Origin: Pseudothermotoga sp.
GTDB lineage: Bacteria > Thermotogota > Thermotogae > Thermotogales > DSM-5069
Reading direction: 5' to 3' (one strand)
NCBI GenBank assembly: GCA_031962025.1
Contig: JAVRKW010000004.1
DNA: 64,000 nucleotides
The notes under the pieces were generated by a model. It saw only the letters and a program-made list of their open reading frames with translations. It had not been told where the DNA came from and searched no databases. Position 1 is the first letter of the stretch. Each line of letters begins with the position of its first letter. Made by a program: the position numbers and the translations under genes. Below, one piece after another: positions 24,395-33,862 of the stretch.

Positions 24395-25062
24395 AGTCCA
24401 ACACCACCAGAAATAGCACTCTTTGAACTGAAAATGCCGATGTGCTCAACCGGTTTTATCAATACTTCTCCAATTGTGACGACCTGCTTCTTGCCTTTGA
24501 CAAACCATCTCTGCCTGTTTGTAGTGGCTGGCGAGTCAGAAGGAGTTCTGCACAGGTTTGATCTGAGAACTGGCACGAAGGTATCCTGTGCTTTGTAGCC
24601 GATTTCAGCTATGTAATCGGCATTTGCACACGGAACGTGAAAGTAATAATTTCGACATACTCCAAGATCTACACCCGCTTCGAAAACCCGGTGTGCGTTT
24701 TTACCATCGAACAGGATATAGGTCACATCGTAAAGTCTCACGACTACGTTGCCTGTCTTTGCCATTTTTTCATACGTTTGCTTTGAAAGATCCCAGTAAA
24801 GGAACAGAAGATGGGGATTCACCACAAGCAGTGACAATCTGTCAGATTCATAAGAGTTTGGGATTTGATCTATTTTTTCCGTGGGTGGCTGTGTGATTTT
24901 TTCCTGTTCCTCTAACTTAAAAGCGTATTCTCTGAGTGCTCTATAAACTTCGTTTTTTTTCATTCTTTTTTTGATCTTCAGACCGAGTTTTTTTGCGAGG
25001 GCTTTGGCTTGCTGAATAGTGGGCTGGCTTTCAAGAAAATTAAGCACTTCCTGGCGATTCAC
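24391..25062 (-). CDS. DUF4912-like protein with an N-terminal Rho-N-like helix pair
   Basis: AKALAKKLGLKIKKRMKKNEV N-terminus; IPNSY...LLVVNPHLLFLYWD...RLYDVT...EIGY...RSN. Confidence 0.75.
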   Translation of the reverse strand: MNRQEVLNFLESQPTIQQAKALAKKLGLKIKKRMKKNEVYRALREYAFKLEEQEKITQPPTEKIDQIPNSYESDRLSLLVVNPHLLFLYWDLSKQTYEKMAKTGNVVVRLYDVTYILFDGKNAHRVFEAGVDLGVCRNYYFHVPCANADYIAEIGYKAQDTFVPVLRSNLCRTPSDSPATTNRQRWFVKGKKQVVTIGEVLIKPVEHIGIFSSKSAISGGVGL

Positions 25063-25132
25063 GGTAGGCGCCCCCTTTTGCAAAATATTTACACTATATT
25101 CTATCATGTTCTCATAATGTTGTAAATAGTTG

Positions 25133-25165
25133 AAAAAAAGAGAAAAAGGGTCTTTTTAAGACCCT
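25133..25165 (-). terminator. Intrinsic terminator after dnaJ
   Basis: AGGGTCTT-TTT-AAGACCCT hairpin followed by T-rich tracts on the minus strand. Confidence 0.65.
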
Positions 25166-25212
25166 GCCAGGAAATAAATGTTAAAAATCAGGTGGACTTT
25201 GGCGTAGTTTTG

Positions 25213-26319
25213 TTATATATTCGTTCCTCTTATTTTTGCGATTTCTTTGAGCAGTTTTGCCTCTTCAGAGGTTATATTGTCTGGTATTCTCACATTGACT
25301 GTGACGTACAGATCACCGCGTCTTCCAGTTCTTACTGATGGTGCTCCTTCGCCTTTCAAGCGAAAGATACTGCCCGGTTGTGTTCCAGCAGGTATTCTCA
25401 GCATGGTTGAACCGCCGGTGGGAAGATCGAGTTTTATTGTCGTTCCCAGTATTGCTTGAATGTAATCGATTGATATATCTATGTAGATATCATCATCCTG
25501 TCTTCTGAATCTTTTATCTGGTTTGACGTGTACTGTGACATAAAGATCTCCGTATGGACCACCGTTGTATCCGGCATTGCCAGCTCCATCAATTCTCAAT
25601 CTTGTCCCGTCTGAAACCCCGGCTGGTATATTCACGGTTGTTCTGATTCGCCTTTTGACTCTACCCGTTCCACCACAAACGTGGCATTTTTCCTTGATCA
25701 CCTTGCCGGTTCCACCGCAGGTGTTACATGTCCTGGTGCTGACAAAAACGCCGAAGATACTGCGTCTTTCTTCTCTTATGACGCCTGTTCCATGGCATCT
25801 CGGACAGGTCTGATAACCGCTGCCCGGCTCAACTCCCTGACCGTCGCAGTGTTCACATTTTTCAAATCTATCGTATTCAATAGGAATCTGTTTTCCAGTC
25901 AGAGATTCGGCAAAATCTATTTCCACTGTGACTGAGATATCCTCACCCGATCTTCGGCGAGTCTGCTGTCTTTCTTCGGCACCGCGTTCACCAAAGAATA
26001 TGTCGAAAATATCTCTGCCAAAAAAGCTCTCAAAATCTTTGAAGACATCTTCAAAGGTGGTCCCGGCGCCTTGCTGTGAAAATTCGGTTTCTCCAACATA
26101 GCCAAAGCGATCGTACATGGCTTTTTTCTGAGGATCGCTCAGTACTTCGTAAGCCTCCTGTATTTCTTTGAACTTTTCCTCTGCTTCTTTTTTATTCTCA
26201 GGATGCAAATCTGGATGCCACTGTTTAATGAGTTTTTTGTAGGCTTTTTTTATGTCTTCCTGTGATGCATCCTTACTGACACCCAGTATTGCGTAATAGT
26301 CTTTACTCTGTCTTGGCAC
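25213..26319 (-). CDS. dnaJ: Chaperone DnaJ
   Basis: J domain with HPD; four CxxCxGxG repeats. Confidence 0.97.
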   Translation of the reverse strand: MPRQSKDYYAILGVSKDASQEDIKKAYKKLIKQWHPDLHPENKKEAEEKFKEIQEAYEVLSDPQKKAMYDRFGYVGETEFSQQGAGTTFEDVFKDFESFFGRDIFDIFFGERGAEERQQTRRRSGEDISVTVEIDFAESLTGKQIPIEYDRFEKCEHCDGQGVEPGSGYQTCPRCHGTGVIREERRSIFGVFVSTRTCNTCGGTGKVIKEKCHVCGGTGRVKRRIRTTVNIPAGVSDGTRLRIDGAGNAGYNGGPYGDLYVTVHVKPDKRFRRQDDDIYIDISIDYIQAILGTTIKLDLPTGGSTMLRIPAGTQPGSIFRLKGEGAPSVRTGRRGDLYVTVNVRIPDNITSEEAKLLKEIAKIRGTNI

Positions 26320-26818
26320 TTTCTCCACCTCTTGGTTTTATTGCAACTCTCACCTTTACCGGTTTGACTATCTTGTTGTGGAATTTGTAACCATCTTCCA
26401 GTACTTTTATCACTGAATATTCCTCATGTTCATTGGTTTCTACTTTTTCGACTGCTTCATGTTCAAAAGGATCGAATTTTTCTTTGGCTTCTATTTTGAA
26501 GAAACCTTCATCGTTCAACACTTTCCACAATTTTTTGTAGATCATCTCCATTCCTTTATAAAAGTTTTTGTAAGAGTGTGATTGTTCTACTTCTTTGAAA
26601 GCCCTCTCCATGTCGTCCAGTACCGGTATGAGCTTTGTGAGAAAGTATTCATTTGCATTTTTTATGATTTGCTCTCTTTCTCTGAGTGAGTCTTTTTTGT
26701 AGTTTTCGAACTGGGCTTTGAGTTCTCTCAGATATGCCAAAAGCTCTGTGTTCTGCTGCTGGAGTTTTTCAACTGTCTGCTGGTCTTCCTGCACTGGTTT
26801 TTTTTCATTGTCGTTCAT
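26303..26818 (-). CDS. grpE: Nucleotide exchange factor GrpE
   Basis: AQFENYKK, LIPVLDDMERA, FDPFEHEAV, GYKF. Confidence 0.95.
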   Translation of the reverse strand: MNDNEKKPVQEDQQTVEKLQQQNTELLAYLRELKAQFENYKKDSLREREQIIKNANEYFLTKLIPVLDDMERAFKEVEQSHSYKNFYKGMEMIYKKLWKVLNDEGFFKIEAKEKFDPFEHEAVEKVETNEHEEYSVIKVLEDGYKFHNKIVKPVKVRVAIKPRGGESAKTE

Positions 26819-27849
26819 CTTTTTCCCTCCTCTCTTGTCGCAACTGTGAAATATTCGGTGAGCCGACTTACCATATATCTCAACGAGTTGAAGATATCTT
26901 CGTATTTAACAACTTTTGACGTTATCACAATGACCTTGCCCATGAGTTTTTCTTCTTTTTTGTAACCATCTGCGAAGATGGCAAAATTCTCCAAACCCTG
27001 AATACCGTGCTCGGAGCCTATGAAAACCGCTGGGAGTTGTTCAATCTTCTGGAGCGTCTTTTTCAAAAGTATATCATCTGAAAAGAAGTTAGAGAGTTTT
27101 CTTATTTCATCTATATTGAAATACTCGGCATTTATCAACGTATCAATTCCAACTTTCACAAGATTGCTGGAAGAATCCTCTCTCAGTGCGTTGATCAGAT
27201 GCTCGGATAGGTCCAGAAGATACTGATCCACCTCGGTTTCAATTTTTCTGTCACCTATGTTTTCAATAGTTTGTCCTCTTAGAAGTTCGTTCATCATGTT
27301 TTCTAAGGAGAGATAATCTATTTCGTAAAAAGTCCTGAAAGGTATGAATTTGACCAGCCCCAGTTCGGTGATCAGCGAAACGACGTTGTATGTCCTGGTT
27401 ATCGGTGCTATGGATATTCTGAGTATTTTCAACTTGTCCACAGCCGGCTTTTCAAGAATAACTGCACCTTTTGTGATGCGCGACAGAGCTATTGCCGCGC
27501 CTGTCAGGATTTTTTCCATATCGCCAAAGGTCATCGGATATTTTGAATGAATAGAAGCCGAATGCTGGGTGTATTCTTTTATCAAACTCAAGGTCTCATC
27601 CACGTAAAATCTGTAGCCCTTATCTGTTGGTACCCGACCAGCAGAAGTGTGGGGCTGGTGCAGATAACCGAGATATTCAAGCCTTCTAAGATCGTTTCTC
27701 ACAGTCGCACTGCTGCACGAAACATCTGAAGCCTCAAGAACACGTTCCGAACTGACAGGCTTCTTTGTAATTATGTATTCTCTGACCACACAGTAGAGAA
27801 TCTTCTTCTGCCGTTCGTTTATTTTCCCTTCCCGTTTCATTTTTATCAC
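26815..27849 (-). CDS. hrcA: Heat-inducible transcription repressor HrcA
   Basis: ERQKKIL, PVSS, SSATVRN, QPHTSAGRVPTDKGYRFYVD; the true start may be ATG at 27840. Confidence 0.96.
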   Translation of the reverse strand: MIKMKREGKINERQKKILYCVVREYIITKKPVSSERVLEASDVSCSSATVRNDLRRLEYLGYLHQPHTSAGRVPTDKGYRFYVDETLSLIKEYTQHSASIHSKYPMTFGDMEKILTGAAIALSRITKGAVILEKPAVDKLKILRISIAPITRTYNVVSLITELGLVKFIPFRTFYEIDYLSLENMMNELLRGQTIENIGDRKIETEVDQYLLDLSEHLINALREDSSSNLVKVGIDTLINAEYFNIDEIRKLSNFFSDDILLKKTLQKIEQLPAVFIGSEHGIQGLENFAIFADGYKKEEKLMGKVIVITSKVVKYEDIFNSLRYMVSRLTEYFTVATREEGKR

Positions 27850-27869
27850 TCACCATATTCGAGTGCTAA
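27843..27869 (-). promoter_or_regulatory. CIRCE element (HrcA operator)
   Basis: Minus strand TTAGCACTC-GAATATGGT-GAGTGATAA, one mismatch from TTAGCACTC-N9-GAGTGCTAA. Confidence 0.93.
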
Positions 27870-27873
27870 TTTT

Positions 27874-27902
27874 AGCATATCACAGAGTGTAAACCTTGTC
27901 AA
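27874..27902 (-). promoter_or_regulatory. Sigma-70 promoter of hrcA-grpE-dnaJ
   Basis: TTGACA-17 nt-TATGCT with TGn extension, immediately upstream of CIRCE. Confidence 0.75.
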
Positions 27903-27924
27903 GATTTATGAGGGGTGTTAGAAT
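27896..27924 (+). promoter_or_regulatory. Sigma-70 promoter of the murE operon
   Basis: TTGTCA-17 nt-TAGAAT, 23 nt before the murE ATG. Confidence 0.65.
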
Positions 27925-27947
27925 AGCTGTGACAAAGAGGTGGTACG

Positions 27948-29429
27948 ATGTTCGTTCGAGAGCTTTTAAAAGCGGTCAATGACATCTGTGTGAGTTTATC
28001 TTTAAATGGAAAGAGTGATTTACAGATAACTGAACTGACAAACAGATCAACACAGGCAGCCAAGGGTCATCTTTTCATCTGTCACAAAGGCAGCAGGTTT
28101 GATTCACACGACATCGTACCAGAGATAATTAAAAAAGGTGTTTCTTTTCTGGTAGTTGAACGTCCCATCCAGATTGATTTTCCACATGCTGTCGTGAGTG
28201 ATAGCAGACTTGCCGAGGCTTTACTGGCTTCACATTTTTATGGATATCCTTTCAACAATCTGATCACCATTGGTGTGACAGGTACAAACGGCAAGACGAC
28301 GTCGGTACATTTGTTTCATCACGTCTTAAATTCGCTCGGCAGTCGCGGCAGCATGCTCGGCACGGTCTATTACGACATACTCGGTGAGAGCCGTTTTCAT
28401 CACGACAATACCACACCCGGTGCCATAGAGATTCTCAAGGCAATGAGAACCACAGTCGACAGAGATGGCACACATTTTGCAATGGAAGTATCATCGCATT
28501 CACTTGCCATGAAAAGAGTAGAAGGAATAAGATTTGACATAGCAGCCCTTACGAATATCACACGTGATCACCTTGATTTTCATCAAACCTTCGAGGATTA
28601 CACCAGAACCAAACTTCACATTTTTGATCTTTTGAAAGATTCAGGTATAGCATTGATAAGCGATGAATATGAGCATCTTTTGAATAAAAAAGTGAAAAAA
28701 GTTGTGTACGGAATATCACCAAAAAGCGATTATCGAATATCTGATATAGATGTTCAAAGATACGGGACGAAGTTTTCGCTTGAATCTAAACATGGGACCT
28801 TTGAATGCCAGATAAATATTCCCGGATTGCACAATGCCTATAACGCTGCACTTGTCATAGCTGGTCTTGTTGAACTTGGATACGATGCAAAATCAGTGAT
28901 AGAAGCGGTGAAAACTTTTGAGGGCGTAGATGGAAGATTCCAGTTCATCAAAGAGGGTGCCTTGCTTGGAATTGACGTCGTGGTTGATTTTGCACACAGT
29001 CCGGATGCGCTCGAAAAAACCCTTATAACTGCCAGAAAACTGGCATCTGGCAGGATAATAACGGTATTTGGAGCTGGCGGTCAGGCAGATAAAGGTAAAA
29101 GACCGATGATGGCTGAAGTTGTTTGCAGATATTCCGATGTGAGCATAATAACAACCGATGATCCAAGAGGAGAGGATGCACAGGAGATACTCTCAGAGGT
29201 AGAAAAAGGCGTGCCCGCAGGATCACCTTATCTGGTCATACCTGACAGACGCGAGGCTATAGAAACGGCACTAACGCTGGCAAATAGAGGAGACATGGTT
29301 ATAGTAGCCGGCAGAGGGCACGAAGAATACCAGATATTCAGCGATGAAAAAAAGATACCGTTCAAAGATGCCGAGGAGATCAAAAAGATAATCATGAAAG
29401 AATACAGCGAGGATAAAAGACATGTATGA
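27948..29429 (+). CDS. murE: UDP-MurNAc-tripeptide ligase MurE
   Basis: GVTGTNGKTT, TTPG, MEVSSH, TNITRDHLDFH, VDFAHSPD, DDPR. Confidence 0.95.
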   Translation: MFVRELLKAVNDICVSLSLNGKSDLQITELTNRSTQAAKGHLFICHKGSRFDSHDIVPEIIKKGVSFLVVERPIQIDFPHAVVSDSRLAEALLASHFYGYPFNNLITIGVTGTNGKTTSVHLFHHVLNSLGSRGSMLGTVYYDILGESRFHHDNTTPGAIEILKAMRTTVDRDGTHFAMEVSSHSLAMKRVEGIRFDIAALTNITRDHLDFHQTFEDYTRTKLHIFDLLKDSGIALISDEYEHLLNKKVKKVVYGISPKSDYRISDIDVQRYGTKFSLESKHGTFECQINIPGLHNAYNAALVIAGLVELGYDAKSVIEAVKTFEGVDGRFQFIKEGALLGIDVVVDFAHSPDALEKTLITARKLASGRIITVFGAGGQADKGKRPMMAEVVCRYSDVSIITTDDPRGEDAQEILSEVEKGVPAGSPYLVIPDRREAIETALTLANRGDMVIVAGRGHEEYQIFSDEKKIPFKDAEEIKKIIMKEYSEDKRHV

Positions 29430-30678
29430 CCAGTACAGTTTTGTCATAGACTCTCGAAAAGTCACACCGGGCTGTATTTTCGTCGCAATAAAAGGTGAAA
29501 AAACCGATGGTCATCTTTACGTTAAGGACGCATTGTCCAGCGGTGCAAGGTATGCCGTTGTCGAGAAAGCAGTTGATGCACCTCAGGAAAAGCTGATAAA
29601 GGTTGACAGCACCGTGGATTTTCTAATAAACACAGCACGTGAAAAGGTTCAAAGGTACAACCCCTTTGTAATAGGCATAACCGGTTCAAACGGCAAGACA
29701 ACAACAAAAGAACTGATTTCTCAATCGATTGAATGCTGTTTCTCAAATCCGGGCAATTTCAACACGGAAATTGGCTTACCTTTGTCTATCATCAATCATT
29801 ATAAAGGAGAGAGATATCTGGTTCTTGAGATGGCAATGAACAGATACGGTGATATTGCAAGATTGTGCCAGATAGCCCAGCCAGATATTTCTGTATTACT
29901 TAATGTTGGAACGGCTCATCGCGGTGTCGCAGGAAGTGAACAGGCGATATTAGAAGGTAAGCTCCAGATAATCGAGAATATGAAACCAGATGGTACTGCT
30001 GTTGTCATCAACGATGAAAGAATTGTTCAAAGAATTTCTCAAAGGTCTTTTGTCACTTTCGGATATCGGCAGGGAGATTACCAGTTTGTGGATTATTCGT
30101 ACGATGATCTTTCCACAATTGCAACCTACAAAATAAAGGGTGAGACTGTACGATTCCACTTTAAATCCATCTGGAACACAGGACAGTTGACCAACATCGC
30201 GGCAGTTCTGGCAGTCCTCGATCTGATCAAGGTCAGATACAAAAAAGATTTAATAGAGAATTTCTCTGCTGTACATTCCAGATTCAGAGTTTTCAAACAC
30301 AACGATGTTTTTGTGATCGATGATTGCTACAATGCAAGCCTTGAGTCTTTCAATGTAGCGGTCCAGGCACTCAAAAAACTGGGTAAGCGGTCATTTGCAG
30401 TGGTTGGCTCTATCAAAGAACAGGGTGTATATTCAGTCCAAACCCACCAGACACTTGGTGAGATGCTGGAATCCATCGACGGTGTGATTGTCTACAATTC
30501 TGACCACGAAATCGACGCCATGAAGTGTTCAAAGGAGATACTCAGAACAGATGATATCGATAAAATCGTTTCTCTTTTGAGAAAAATCCTCAAGCCACAG
30601 GATGCCGTTTTGTTTAAAGCCTCAAGAGCAGTTCAAATGGAAAATGTCCTTGCAAAGTACCTGGAGGGAGACGGATGA
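29422..30678 (+). CDS. murF: UDP-MurNAc-tripeptide--D-Ala-D-Ala ligase MurF
   Basis: IDSRKV, GITGSNGKTTTKE, GNFNTEIGLP, DDCYNAS, KASR. Confidence 0.95.
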   Translation: MYDQYSFVIDSRKVTPGCIFVAIKGEKTDGHLYVKDALSSGARYAVVEKAVDAPQEKLIKVDSTVDFLINTAREKVQRYNPFVIGITGSNGKTTTKELISQSIECCFSNPGNFNTEIGLPLSIINHYKGERYLVLEMAMNRYGDIARLCQIAQPDISVLLNVGTAHRGVAGSEQAILEGKLQIIENMKPDGTAVVINDERIVQRISQRSFVTFGYRQGDYQFVDYSYDDLSTIATYKIKGETVRFHFKSIWNTGQLTNIAAVLAVLDLIKVRYKKDLIENFSAVHSRFRVFKHNDVFVIDDCYNASLESFNVAVQALKKLGKRSFAVVGSIKEQGVYSVQTHQTLGEMLESIDGVIVYNSDHEIDAMKCSKEILRTDDIDKIVSLLRKILKPQDAVLFKASRAVQMENVLAKYLEGDG

Positions 30679-31589
30679 CTTTGATTTATACATCTTTGAG
30701 CTTTCTGATCTGTCTTTTACTCTATCCTCTGTTCATCAAATTTCTCAGAGTAAAAAGAATTGGTAAGTTCATTCGTGAGGATGGACCGGATCTTCATGGT
30801 TATAAAGCCGGTACACCAACAATGGGTGGCATCCTTTTTGTCTCGGTGACTGCCATTTTGGCATTTATGTCAAATGAAATAGTACAAATGCTCAGCATCA
30901 TCCTTTTTGGCTTGATCGGCTTTCTGGACGATTATGCGGGTATAAAATGGAGGAAATCACTTGGGATACGCGCATGGCAGAAATTTTCACTTCAACTGAT
31001 CTGCTCGATTTTACTTTATATTCTCATGGGTCCTCATCAAACAAGTGTTCTGATACCGTTTTCGCATAAATCAATAGATCTGGGTTATCTTTATCCTGTT
31101 TTTGCTGTGATTGTCATGGTCGGCTTCAGCAATGCTGCAAACCTGACAGATGGCTTGGATGGTCTTCTTGGCAGTGTTTTTCTCACAGCCGCGTTGCCAT
31201 ACTGGCTCTTTTTGAATGGAAAATCGAATTCGATACTGTACATCTCTTTTGCGGTTATGGCTTTTCTTTTCTACAACATAAAACCCGCAAAGGTTTTTAT
31301 GGGCGATACGGGTTCTCTTGCGCTTGGTGGTTTACTTGGTACTGTAGCTGTGGAGACTTCAACCGAACTTTTCCTGGTGTGTTTTGCACCTGTTATTGTT
31401 TTTGAAGCTTTGAGTGTTATGTTACAGGTGAGCAGTTTTAAACTGTTCAAAAAGAGAATTTTCAAAATGTCTCCCATTCACCATCATTTTGAGCTACTTG
31501 GATGGAAAGAGGAAAGAATCGTACAGATCTTTTCTCTGACCAATCTTGTGCTTGCACTGTTTACTCTTCTGGGGGCACAGTTGATGTGA
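30675..31589 (+). CDS. mraY: Phospho-MurNAc-pentapeptide transferase
   Basis: KAGTPTMGG, GFLDDY, NLTDGLDG, FMGDTGSLALG, PIHHHFE. Confidence 0.96.
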   Translation: MTLIYTSLSFLICLLLYPLFIKFLRVKRIGKFIREDGPDLHGYKAGTPTMGGILFVSVTAILAFMSNEIVQMLSIILFGLIGFLDDYAGIKWRKSLGIRAWQKFSLQLICSILLYILMGPHQTSVLIPFSHKSIDLGYLYPVFAVIVMVGFSNAANLTDGLDGLLGSVFLTAALPYWLFLNGKSNSILYISFAVMAFLFYNIKPAKVFMGDTGSLALGGLLGTVAVETSTELFLVCFAPVIVFEALSVMLQVSSFKLFKKRIFKMSPIHHHFELLGWKEERIVQIFSLTNLVLALFTLLGAQLM

Positions 31590-32593
31590 AAAAACTGATC
31601 ACAAGTTCGATGATACTTTTACAGATCTTTTGTTTTGTTTATGCCTTTGAAACCCAAAGTATTTACGTGGGTTCAGGGTACTCGAGAATCTCCTTCAGCG
31701 ATGGAATTATATGTCTTGTGAGATCTCAGCCTGCATCGGTTCTGGTCCTCACCAATCAGGGTAAGTTTATTGCAGAAATAAATATGGGATTATCTTACCC
31801 TGTGAATGCGATCCACAAAGATGGTATGATCTTTGTCACAGATTATTACAAATCCTCGGTGATGGTTTACACGCTCTTTGGCAGGCTTTTAAAAAAGATA
31901 GATGTTGGCAGGTATCCAACAACCATTAAATCCAGCAAAAACAGGATCTACGTTGCCTGCTCTGGTGACAGTTCTATTTATGAAATAAACAGTACTTCTT
32001 TACAAGTAGAAGAAAGGTACACCTTCAATTCGGCTTCGCTTTATTTTGAAGTCTTTGACGGCAAAATCGTTTATCTTTACTATTTTGACAGCGAAAGAAC
32101 CTACCAGATAACCACGCCGGACAAGAAAAGTAAAACTGTTAAAATCGACAATCTGAGAAACCCCGTGTGTTATTTTGAAAAAGGCAGTTATGCATACATC
32201 CTTGGATACACCGATGGGGTTGTGGTGTGTCTGAAAGATGACAAAGAGCTCTGGCGTGTCAATCTTTCAGATTTTGCAAGAAGCATGCTTTTGACAGACG
32301 AGTACATCGTGGTTGTTAGCCTGATTGATCCTGTTGCAACAATGGTATCTTACGATGGAAAGATTCTGAAAAAAATATCCCTACCCAATGTTGCCCACAG
32401 AGTTTTCAAGATTCAAAATAAACTGATCTTTTTGAACCATTTGCCCGGTCAGGTGTATGTTTATGATTTGAGCGATGGTTCTGTTCAAACAATTGAAATA
32501 GGAACCTATGCCATAGACATGGTACAGATATCGCAGGATGAAGTCTGCATTCTCTGTTCTGATTCTGGAGAGCTTTACATACTAAGTTTGTAA
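31586..32593 (+). CDS. Putative secreted beta-propeller (YncE/YVTN-like) protein
   Basis: N-terminal signal-like segment; repeated beta-strand motifs (IDVGRYP...IYVACSGD); GTGA overlap with mraY. Confidence 0.55.
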   Translation: MKKLITSSMILLQIFCFVYAFETQSIYVGSGYSRISFSDGIICLVRSQPASVLVLTNQGKFIAEINMGLSYPVNAIHKDGMIFVTDYYKSSVMVYTLFGRLLKKIDVGRYPTTIKSSKNRIYVACSGDSSIYEINSTSLQVEERYTFNSASLYFEVFDGKIVYLYYFDSERTYQITTPDKKSKTVKIDNLRNPVCYFEKGSYAYILGYTDGVVVCLKDDKELWRVNLSDFARSMLLTDEYIVVVSLIDPVATMVSYDGKILKKISLPNVAHRVFKIQNKLIFLNHLPGQVYVYDLSDGSVQTIEIGTYAIDMVQISQDEVCILCSDSGELYILSL

Positions 32594-32620
32594 CCTCAAG
32601 GGGCGTCAAGCCCCGAGGTT
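32592..32620. terminator. Hairpin between convergent genes
   Basis: AACCTC-AA-GGGGC-GTCAA-GCCCC-GAGGTT. Confidence 0.55.
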
Positions 32621-32858
32621 ATGAATTTGAAATGATGTAATCGACAACATCCTTTACCGTTGAAATTTTTTCAAGGTTGGAATCGTCGATCTTTACACCA
32701 AACTCTTCTTCCACAGCCATGACAAGATCCACAAGATCCAGCGAATCAGCGTTCAGATCATCGACGAGTTTACTTGATTCGGTTACCTGCTTTTCGTCGA
32801 TTCCAAGTTTTTCAGATACGATTTTGATAACTTTTTGTGAAACTGCATTTCTGTCCAT
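32619..32858 (-). CDS. acpP: Acyl carrier protein
   Basis: DLNADSLDLVDLVMAVEEEFG. Confidence 0.96.
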   Translation of the reverse strand: MDRNAVSQKVIKIVSEKLGIDEKQVTESSKLVDDLNADSLDLVDLVMAVEEEFGVKIDDSNLEKISTVKDVVDYIISNS

Positions 32859-33026
32859 CCGATTACCTCCTTTGAAAAATAATCTGCAAAAATTATACAG
32901 ATCAAAGTTAGTTATGTCAAATTGATATTTTTCTTTCTTTCTTTGTATTCATGTGAAAAATAAGCTCAAACAAAAATCGAGTGTATTGTATTTTTACACA
33001 CGCCGATGATGTTTTTATCTGCAAAA

Positions 33027-33818
33027 TCAGGTTCTCAAAAAAGTGCTTTCAAGGATAGATCGCAGAGTCAGGGCATTTTGCACGGCTTTACCCTGGTAAC
33101 AATTGTTGAAAAAAACGAATAAATCCTTTGATTTTTGCATCAATTGAGCGATATCTATTGCAAATTGCTTGAGCTGTTCATGGGAATATTCGTAGTTATA
33201 CCTTTCGGCTCCAGAGGAAAACCATTTTTCACTTCTACCGTGCAATCTGAAATAGGAAATCTGCGATGTCATAATAGGTTTGTATGGAAAGAGCTCTTTT
33301 ATCTGAGGTTCATCTGTTATTACAAGCGACAGGTCGTGAACTTTCAAAAAGTCATAAACCTCTTCTCTGTCCCAGGAGCGGTGTCTGAACTCAATTGCCA
33401 CTGGCTGATCGATCCTGTTTCTCAGTTCCTGTATGTACTGCAATTTCTCTTTTGAGTATTGAAAGGTATATGGAAATTGCGCAAGCAGCATTTTGAGTCT
33501 GCCTTCTGAAATCATCGGTTCTAATGCAGAAAGTGTTTTTTGTATATCTTCTTCAAAAATGGTGTTGTTCTTCCATCCTTCATGGGTTACAGAACCGGGT
33601 ATCTTCACACAGAAAACAAATGTCTGCGGTGTTTTTCTGAGCATCGACACTATTGTTCTGTAATTTGGAACAGTATAATACGTGAAATTCAGCTCGACCG
33701 CATTGAACTGCCAGACAGACGCGTAGTATTTTAAAAGCTGGCTTTTTGACAAACCCTGCGGATATACAGTGCCGATCCAGTCAGAAAAGTAATAACCGCT
33801 GGTACCAATGTACAGCAA
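33027..33818 (-). CDS. DUF72 (YecE-like) TIM-barrel protein
   Basis: IGTSGY, VELNFTYY, QFP, IEFRHRSW, YFRLHGR, FFNN. Confidence 0.9.
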   Translation of the reverse strand: MLYIGTSGYYFSDWIGTVYPQGLSKSQLLKYYASVWQFNAVELNFTYYTVPNYRTIVSMLRKTPQTFVFCVKIPGSVTHEGWKNNTIFEEDIQKTLSALEPMISEGRLKMLLAQFPYTFQYSKEKLQYIQELRNRIDQPVAIEFRHRSWDREEVYDFLKVHDLSLVITDEPQIKELFPYKPIMTSQISYFRLHGRSEKWFSSGAERYNYEYSHEQLKQFAIDIAQLMQKSKDLFVFFNNCYQGKAVQNALTLRSILESTFLRT

Positions 33819-33862
33819 TCACAGTTCCCCCCTGATATGTTATCATCTTTCTGGTGATATAG

